DNA of 64,000 bases from an uncultured Acidobacteriota bacterium. Its GTDB lineage: Bacteria > Acidobacteriota > Thermoanaerobaculia > Multivoradales > UBA5704. Where the stretch lies: NCBI GenBank assembly GCA_963770895.1, contig CAVYRF010000002.1, positions 3,588,555 to 3,652,554 on the forward strand, written 5' to 3'. Under the pieces are notes generated by a model, which had not been told where the DNA came from, made no database searches, and saw nothing but the letters and a program-made list of their open reading frames with translations. The number at the start of each line of letters is the position of its first letter. Position 1 is the first letter of the stretch. Made by a program: the position numbers and the translations under genes. Shown here one piece after another: positions 19,901-26,555 of the stretch.

Positions 19901-20970
19901 TCGCGACCGATACCGTGAACCTGGCGGCGCAGTCAGCACCGGTCACCGTTACGAGCGTGGTCGATCCGGGAACGGCGGTGAGCGGCACGGTGCTCGATCC
20001 GACCGGCGCCCCGGTCTCGGGAGCGAGCATCGTCGTGGTTGCGGGCGCTTCCTCGGCGAGCGCCACCTCCGGTGCGGACGGGTCCTTTACGGTGAGCGGC
20101 CTGCCGACCGGGAGCGGCGCCTTCGAGGTGAGCGCGGTCGGCACGGTGGGCGGCTGCCAGGCGGAGGCCGATGCCGAGGTGCCGCCGCCCCCGCCGGGCC
20201 GCAACGAATCGCTCGGCAACCTGACGCTCGTCCGGCCTCCGGCACCGGAGCCCACGGCCGTGACCGGCGTCGTTGTCGGTGCCGACGGCCAGGGGCTCTC
20301 CGGTGTCACGGTGACGGTTTCGAGCGCCGACCTGGCGGACACCGCCACCGTCCTAAGCGGCTTCGGTGGCGCCTTCTTGGTATCGACCTTCCCCGCGCGG
20401 GCCTGGACCCTCCAGGCCGAAGCGACGGTCGTGAGCGGCGGTGTTCTGCTCTCCGCCGCAAGCGACCTGCATGGCCCGCACGCGGTCGCGGGCGGCACGA
20501 CGGACCTTGGCACCCTGACCCTGAGCCCCTATCCCTTCACCGGCCCCGATCCCTTGACCACGGTCACCGGCCAGGCCACGAACCTCGACGGCTCACCGGC
20601 CGCCGGCGCCCAGGTGGTGCTCGACGTGGGCGATGGCCAGATCGTCGCGACCGCCGCTTCCGACGGAACCTTCGCCGTTTCCGGCGTGCCCACCCTGCAA
20701 GGCACGCTGAAGATCACCGCCTCGCTCCACCTGCCGTGCAACGTGCTCCTGGTTGCCGGCCCCATGACGGTGAGCGAGCTTGTGGCCGGCGGCCAGACCG
20801 CCGTGAGCCTCCCGCAGCTCGTGCCCGATCCGGGGCCGCCGCCGCCGATCATTTTCACTTCGGCACCGGTCGGAGGGTGGCCCGCGGAAGGCATGCGGTG
20901 CGTGGCCGCTCCGAGCGCCGCCGACGGATGGTTTGCGACGCTCACGAGCGCGGCGGAGTTCCTGCGTTGA
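16924..20970 (+). CDS. Giant secreted surface protein (1348 aa): Big_2 domain, thrombospondin-type-3-like Ca-binding repeats, LVIVD beta-propeller repeats, Ig-like and CarbopepD_reg-like domains
   Basis: Signal peptide '[18 protein letters not shown]'. '[45 protein letters not shown]...[13 protein letters not shown]' are TSP3/calcium-binding repeats. Repeated 'VA-G--GL-VVDVS-P' units are LVIVD repeats. Multiple 'PPTVA..SP..G' Ig-like modules. '[22 protein letters not shown]' is CarbopepD_reg-like. Confidence 0.75.
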   Translation: [1348 protein letters not shown]

Positions 20971-21005
20971 CCTCCGGGGCTGGAGCGCAGCCGCCGAGCT
21001 TACCT

Positions 21006-21830
21006 GTGGGCATCAGCCGGCGGCGCCTGCTCGAAGGCGGTGCGGCGCTCACGGGCCTCATCGTGGCGCACGGGGCTGGTGCGAGAGCGCCCGGCGGCGG
21101 CGCGAGGGAATCGGCGCGCGCCGCCGCGGCACGGCTCGAGGCGGAGTTGCCAGAGCCCACCCATGCCACAAACGGCGACGAAACCGCGCTGCCAGGCTGG
21201 ATCGCCTGCTACTCCAAGGGACTGCCCCACAATGCGGAAGGTGAGGTGGACCCGGCGGCCTATCGGCTGCTCCTGCGGGCGGTCGCGAGCCGCGACCCGG
21301 CCGACTTCGAGTCCATCCCGCTCGGCGGCTTCGTGAAGCTGGCGAACCCCCAGGCCGCCCTGGCCGAGAACCTCATCGGCCCCGATCCGGGACGCCTCGA
21401 TCTGGTTCCTCCGCCGCGCTTTGCGAGCGCCGAGCAGGCATCCGAGCTCATCGAGCTGTACTGGCAGGCGCTCCTGCGTGACGTGGCGTTCGAGGACTAC
21501 GAAACTCACCCCTTGGCCCAGCGGGCGGCGGCGGAACTCACACGTCTGGCCGAGTTCAAGGGGCCACGAGCGGCGGGCGGCACGGTCACCCCGCGCACGC
21601 TCTTCCGCGGCCCCGGTGCGGACTCGGCGACCGGCCCCTACCTCTCGCAGTTCCTCTACCGCGACGTCTTCCTGCCACCGGTGTGGGTGAAGCAACAGGA
21701 GCGCACGGCCGCCGCCGGCATCGACTTCATGACCCGGCACGACACGTGGCTCGATTGCCAGAACGGCGCCCTGACCGGGGTGAACCGCTTCGACCCGATG
21801 CCCATGGGATCATTGCGAACGGCGATGCCG
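21006..21830 (+). pseudogene. Truncated PAP2-superfamily / vanadium-haloperoxidase-like gene remnant (N-terminal half only)
   Basis: Tat signal 'SRRRLLEGGAALTGL'. Then 'ETALPGWIACYSKGLPHNAEGEVDPAAYRLLLRAVASRDPADFESIPLGG', typical of the N-terminal helical domain of bacterial haloperoxidase/acid-phosphatase-like proteins. Coding character is lost after about 21830 ('ccgaaaatccttccgttttccccacaattcagg'). No C-terminal PAP2 catalytic motifs are present in any frame. Confidence 0.35.
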
Positions 21831-22341
21831 CAGGTCAGGGTACCGCCAGGGGCCCGCGGAGCCTGCCGGCGCCAGGCCGAAAATCCTTCCGTTTTCCCCA
21901 CAATTCAGGGACTGCGCGGAGACCTGCCCTGGGGGGGCCGGTCGGCAGGGCCTTTTCGATTTGCAGGCGACCGAGGTGCCGCTGGAGCCGTCGCTGGCAG
22001 TCCGGGGAGGGGCGGATGACGGGAGGGTCCACTTGGCGGCGCTCTGGGGCGAGGCAATGCGGGGAGCCGCTGGCGATACGGCTCACCGCCAAGCCGCTTG
22101 CCGGCCCGCGAGCCCGCAGCGCGACGACAAGGGGAGTCCTCCCGGCGGCCGCCCCGGAGCTGGCCGCAGGGCTGCGCGAGGGCCGGCGCGCCGGCGGCGA
22201 TGCCGGCGATGGGCTGGCGGATGCTCAGGGAGGCGCGGCGGGGCGCGCCGCCTGCTCACCCTGAGCGCGGCGATCCTGGAGGGGACCGGGCGGGAGGGTG
22301 AGCGGGCGGACGAGCCGCCGCAACGGGAGTTTGGGTGGGGT

Positions 22342-22695
22342 TTACTGGAAAACGCGCTTGCCGCCGGCCTTGATCTGGCCCCAGCCTTGCGGGCAGGTGT
22401 CGCGCGAGGGGATGTCGAGGCAGAAGCAGACCTTGGTGGTGCCCGAGTCGACGGTGCTGTTGCCCTTGGCAGGGACGTTGATCTCAAGCTGAGAGGGCTT
22501 GTGCTCGCAGGACGCGTCGTCCGAGCCGAAACGGGCGAAGATGGTGATGTTGTGGTTCGAGTTGTTGACCAGGGTCACGCCGCCAGAGGCAGGCATGCCG
22601 CCGGCGTCTTTCTGAGCCAGGACGACGCCGGTCCCGAGTACGACACAGATGGCGAGAGACGCAAGAACCCACTTAGCCCGTGAAAAGTGCTGCAT
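22342..22695 (-). CDS. Small secreted protein (117 aa) with 4 Cys in the mature part; hypothetical
   Basis: ATG at 22695 has a strong RBS, GGAGGAGG, 7 nt upstream. Signal peptide 'MQHFSRAKWVLASLAICVVLGTGVVLAQ'. N/S/K-rich composition and lower GC than the surroundings. Confidence 0.5.
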   Translation of the reverse strand: MQHFSRAKWVLASLAICVVLGTGVVLAQKDAGGMPASGGVTLVNNSNHNITIFARFGSDDASCEHKPSQLEINVPAKGNSTVDSGTTKVCFCLDIPSRDTCPQGWGQIKAGGKRVFQ

Positions 22696-23058
22696 TGCGT
22701 AATCCTCCTCCGGAAGAAGTTGATCTGCTCTCACCCGGCTGGCATTGGCGCCTGTCCTGGGCGGAACCCTGGGCGCGCGCTTGGTGGCGCGCCGTCAGGA
22801 GCCCCGGCGGGTGGAGCTACTGACGTATACGCAAGAATCGGTCCGAAGTTCCAGCATGAGTCGAGATTCTTTGAAAAGGCGCACATGCCGTATCGTGCGG
22901 ACAGGACCGGCGCGGCCCGGCCGCCCTCTGGATCAAGGCTGGTAGATACGGGGATGGGTATTGGGTTCTGGGTGCCGGGCGGACCGGCCCGGCGGGCGGC
23001 GGCGCGCAGGCGGGAGCCTGCGCGGGCCATCGCGATGCCAGATTGGCTGGCCGGGACG

Positions 23059-23388
23059 TCAGGCGCCGGTTGAATTGGCAGGTGGCCGCGGCGGCTCGGC
23101 TTGCGCCACCGTTGGCGGAGCCGGCGGGGGCGCCCAGGCGGCGGGCTGGGCCTGCGCCACGGGCGGAGCCTGCACATAGGGCTGGGCCACAGGTGGCGCA
23201 ATCTGACCGGTGGCCTGCTGCGCCGGGTTGGATTCCGCCTTGTGACCGCCTCCCAGAGCGTCCCTGAAATCGCGGATCGAGGTCCCCAGCCCCTTGCCCA
23301 GCTCCGGCAGGCGCTTCGGGCCGAAGAACAGCAGGGCCAGGCCCAGGATGATGAGCAGGTGCATGGGTTGGAACAGTCCTTCGAACAT
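23059..23388 (-). CDS. tatA: Twin-arginine translocase subunit TatA/E
   Basis: 'MFEGLFQPMHLLIILGLALLFFGPKRLPELGKGLGTSIRDFRDAL' is the canonical TatA TM helix plus amphipathic helix. Pro/Ala-rich tail. Protein is 109 aa. Confidence 0.85.
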   Translation of the reverse strand: MFEGLFQPMHLLIILGLALLFFGPKRLPELGKGLGTSIRDFRDALGGGHKAESNPAQQATGQIAPPVAQPYVQAPPVAQAQPAAWAPPPAPPTVAQAEPPRPPANSTGA

Positions 23389-23709
23389 ATGACCTCCAGG
23401 AAAAGGGCACTTCCCCCTTCACGCCTATTCTGGTCCTGCGGGCGTCCACGGTCAAGCGGATGCGAAAAGCCAGGAAGCCCGGCGGGCCATTCCCGCTGTC
23501 AAGGCAAGTGTAAACAGTGAGCCGCGCGGGCTTGTGGCCCCCGCCGTCGTGGGCAAGCCAGGTGCTTTCGATCCGAACACGCCAGGCTTGCCCTTGCCGG
23601 GCGTGCTTGAGCGTCACCCGCCGGGATGCCGGCGCCGCAGGCGGGTCCGGCGGAGCCCCCCGCGCCTGGGTTGGGTTGGGGGACTCCGCCGGATGTGGGG
23701 GTGGGGCGT

Positions 23710-25617
23710 TTACCGGGGCCGGGACCGGCCGCCGGTGGGAGGAGCGAGCGGCGCGGCAGGGGGCGGCCCGCCGCCGGGCTTGTTGCGCCGGCGCAGGCGC
23801 CCCACGGCCACGCTTCCGAGCAGGGTGAAGAGCGTCGCCAGGCCGGCGCTGCCCAGGGTCGGGACGGCGGCGGGCTGGGTGGGTGTGCCCGGGCCGCCGG
23901 GATTGCCGGGTGGCTGGGGCGGGGTCTGGGCGCTGGAGCAGGCGGTGTCGCCGGCGGCGTCGGTCAGGCAGGAGCTGTTGGCGATCTGCTGCAGTCCGGC
24001 CGGCAGCGGCGCGGCGGCGGTCAAGGCGAAGGTGCGGGTGCCGGAGGCGTCGGCCGGCAGCGGCCCCAGGGCCAGGGTGCAGGTGGCGCCGGGACCGCCG
24101 GCGGCGGGCGAGCAGGTCCAGCCGGGCGAGCTGGCGGCGGCGGCAAAGGCGGTGGCGTCCGGGACGGTTTCTCCCAGGCTGGCGGCGGCGGCGTCCTGGT
24201 CGCCGGTGTTGGCGTAGGCCAGCTGAAAGACCAGGGTGGCGCCGGCGGCCAGGGCCGGGCCGGCGTAGCTCTTGGCGAGCGACAGGTGCGGGTTGCCGTG
24301 GGTGGGCGAGGAGACGCTGGCGCAGACCGGCGCCAGGCCGGCGGCGCTGGCGCAGGCGGTGTTGGCGATGGCGGTGATGCCGGCGGGAAGCGGCGACGCG
24401 ACGGTGACCGCGAAGGTGCCATGGAGCGTGGCGCCGGCTGCGAGGGTACCCAGCGCGTCGGTGCAGCTGGCGCCGGCGGGGCCGGCGGCGGGGACGCAGC
24501 TCCAGCCTGGCGAGCCGGCGGCGTCGAAGGCGGTGGCGGCGGGGACGGTCTCCGCCAGGACGACGCTGCCGGCTCCCTGGTTGCCGGTGTTTTGCACCGC
24601 CAGGTCCCAGGTCAGCACGCCGCCGGGCGCACCGGTGCCCTGGGTGAGCGATTTGACCACCTTGAGCGCGGCGGCGCCGGTGGTGGCGGTGGCGACGCTG
24701 GCGCAGGCGGCGACGGTGGTCGGGCCTTCGCGCACGCAGGCGGTGTTGTTGATCACGCTGACGCCGGCGGCCAGAGGGCTGGCGAGCGTCACCGCGAACA
24801 GGCTGGTGAGCGTGCCGTCAGCGGCCAGGTTGCCGACCGGGTTGCGGCACAGCGCGCCGGGGTTGCCGTCCGGCGCGCAGACCCAGCCGGCGGCGCTGGC
24901 GGCGGCGTCGAAGGTGGTATTGGCCGGCACCGTGTCGACCAGCTGCAGGCCGCCGTCGCCCAGGCCGCTCAGGTCGCGCACCGTCAGGGTGTACAGCAGG
25001 GTCGAACCGGGGGCTCCGGAACCGGCGGCGGTCTTCTGCAGGCTGACGTGCGATGGCGTCGCGGCGCCGCAGGCGGCGGCGCCGGCGCCCTGCGAGGCGG
25101 CGTCGAACGAGCGGCCGTCGGAGGTCGTCGCCTGGGCGGTGGCGGTGAAGGCCGGTGAGGTGGTGGACTCGAAGAGCGCCTGCCAGGTGACGACCACGGT
25201 CCAGCTGTTGTTGTCGAGCGGGTCTGCCGGACAGCTGAAATTGACCGCGCCCGAGGTGTCGCCGGGGCCGTTGCCGCGCGCCACGGTGGGCTGGCAGCCG
25301 ACGGTGAGGTCGTTGTCGATGCGCAGCGTCCCCGGCTGGTAGACCAGACCGCTGGTGCCGGCGCCGGGGATCGTCAGGCTGCCGGTGAGCGCCGGGGTGC
25401 CCGAATCGCGGGTGGCGTAGGTGGCGCTCAGCAGCACCGGCTCGCCGCAGTCGAGGATGCCGTTGCCGTTGACGTCGACGAAGCCGGCGACCGCGACCTG
25501 GAGAGACGGTTGCGCCGCGAGCGGCGGGGCGGCGCCGCCCAGCAGGACGGCGCGGATGGTGGCGCCGCGGGTGCGGCGGCAGGCAGGGGGGGTGGTGGGG
25601 GTGGCGGGTGGGTGCAT
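23710..25617 (-). CDS. Cell-surface protein with four DUF11-type conserved repeat domains and a C-terminal IPTL-CTERM-like sorting signal
   Basis: ATG at 25617 with an AAAGGAGGG RBS. Repeats of 'L-K...G-PG--L-Y-L-V-N-G...V-L-DTVP-...F' are present, for example 'LQKTAAGSGAPGSTLLYTLTVRDLS...LVDTVPANTTF'. C-terminus 'VPTLGSAGLATLFTLLGSVAVGRLRRRNK' has the xPTL motif, a hydrophobic helix and an Arg cluster. Its start lies 26 nt after the parB-like stop. Confidence 0.75.
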   Translation of the reverse strand: MHPPATPTTPPACRRTRGATIRAVLLGGAAPPLAAQPSLQVAVAGFVDVNGNGILDCGEPVLLSATYATRDSGTPALTGSLTIPGAGTSGLVYQPGTLRIDNDLTVGCQPTVARGNGPGDTSGAVNFSCPADPLDNNSWTVVVTWQALFESTTSPAFTATAQATTSDGRSFDAASQGAGAAACGAATPSHVSLQKTAAGSGAPGSTLLYTLTVRDLSGLGDGGLQLVDTVPANTTFDAAASAAGWVCAPDGNPGALCRNPVGNLAADGTLTSLFAVTLASPLAAGVSVINNTACVREGPTTVAACASVATATTGAAALKVVKSLTQGTGAPGGVLTWDLAVQNTGNQGAGSVVLAETVPAATAFDAAGSPGWSCVPAAGPAGASCTDALGTLAAGATLHGTFAVTVASPLPAGITAIANTACASAAGLAPVCASVSSPTHGNPHLSLAKSYAGPALAAGATLVFQLAYANTGDQDAAAASLGETVPDATAFAAAASSPGWTCSPAAGGPGATCTLALGPLPADASGTRTFALTAAAPLPAGLQQIANSSCLTDAAGDTACSSAQTPPQPPGNPGGPGTPTQPAAVPTLGSAGLATLFTLLGSVAVGRLRRRNKPGGGPPPAAPLAPPTGGRSRPR

Positions 25618-25643
25618 GGGTGTACGGTCCCTCCTTTGGGGGG

Positions 25644-26555
25644 TCAGGCGAGGCAGGCGTACAGCTGCTCGACGCGCTCGTCGGGGCTGCCGTGCGGCTG
25701 GCTGCCCAGACGGACCAGCAGCGTGTCGAGCTGCGGCGTGGTGAGCTGGACGGTCAGCGGCTGGTGGAGCCCGGCGGCGACCGTGGGATCCAGGTCGGGG
25801 GCAGGATGGCCGGCGGTGCCGCCGGCAGGGGCAGGGGAAGGATCGGTGGGGGGCGCCGTGGCGGCGGCGAGGTCACTGCCGGCGTAAGCACCGGCACCGG
25901 CGCCGGCGTCGCGCAGCTGGGCGGCGATTTCGATCTGCTGCACCGTGATCGGGCCGCCGGTGCGCCGCGCCAGCGCCAGCAGGCGATTCTGCTGGGGCGC
26001 CGGCAGGCGATCGAACAGGTTGGCGCCCAGGATGCTGGCCAGGAACCCCTCGCGCAGCGCGTCGCCGAGCGGGCCGGTGGCGGCGGCCAGGCGCAGGTAG
26101 TGGGAGCACCAGGCGGGCGAGCGGTGGTGCCGGCGGGCGAAGTCGGTCTTGGTCAGGCCGGAGAGCGCCACGGCGCGGGCGATGGCGCGGGCGCGGTCGT
26201 AGAGCGACAGGCTGCGCCGCAGCTCGCCGTCGTTTTCGTCGAGCTGCAGCATGAGCCGGTCGGACGGCGACAGCGGCTCCTGGCGCACCACGACCGGCAC
26301 CGCCTGCAGGCCGGCCAGCTGGGCCGCCTGCCAGCGGCGGCCGCCGGTGATGATCTGGAAGGGCGTCGTCGCGCGCGCCGCCGGCAGCGGGTGGGGCGCC
26401 ACCAGCAGCGGCTGGATGACGCCGTGCGCCCGCACGCTGGCGGCCAGCGCCTCCAGGTCCGGCCCGGCGATCGTGCTGCGCGGCTGGTCCGGGTCGGGGG
26501 CGATGGCGGACACGGCGACCAGCAGGGCGCCGGCCGGCGCGGCGGGAGCGCTCAA
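25644..26555 (-). CDS. ParB/KorB-like protein (ParB N-terminal domain plus HTH)
   Basis: 'HGVIQPLLV...ITGGRRWQAAQLAGLQAVPVVV' carries the ParB/Srx GxRRxxAA box. 'LTKTDFARRHHRSPAWCSHYLRLAA' is the ParB HTH. A 4-nt overlap with the trbI stop places it inside the trb operon. Confidence 0.75.
   Translation of the reverse strand: MSAPAAPAGALLVAVSAIAPDPDQPRSTIAGPDLEALAASVRAHGVIQPLLVAPHPLPAARATTPFQIITGGRRWQAAQLAGLQAVPVVVRQEPLSPSDRLMLQLDENDGELRRSLSLYDRARAIARAVALSGLTKTDFARRHHRSPAWCSHYLRLAAATGPLGDALREGFLASILGANLFDRLPAPQQNRLLALARRTGGPITVQQIEIAAQLRDAGAGAGAYAGSDLAAATAPPTDPSPAPAGGTAGHPAPDLDPTVAAGLHQPLTVQLTTPQLDTLLVRLGSQPHGSPDERVEQLYACLA

Noticed and set aside
21683-22683. Plus-strand ORFs 21683..22264 and 21961..22683 downstream of the haloperoxidase-like remnant
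   Set aside because: The translations are R/G/A-rich without motifs and the region lacks codon periodicity. Interpreted as non-coding or decayed DNA.
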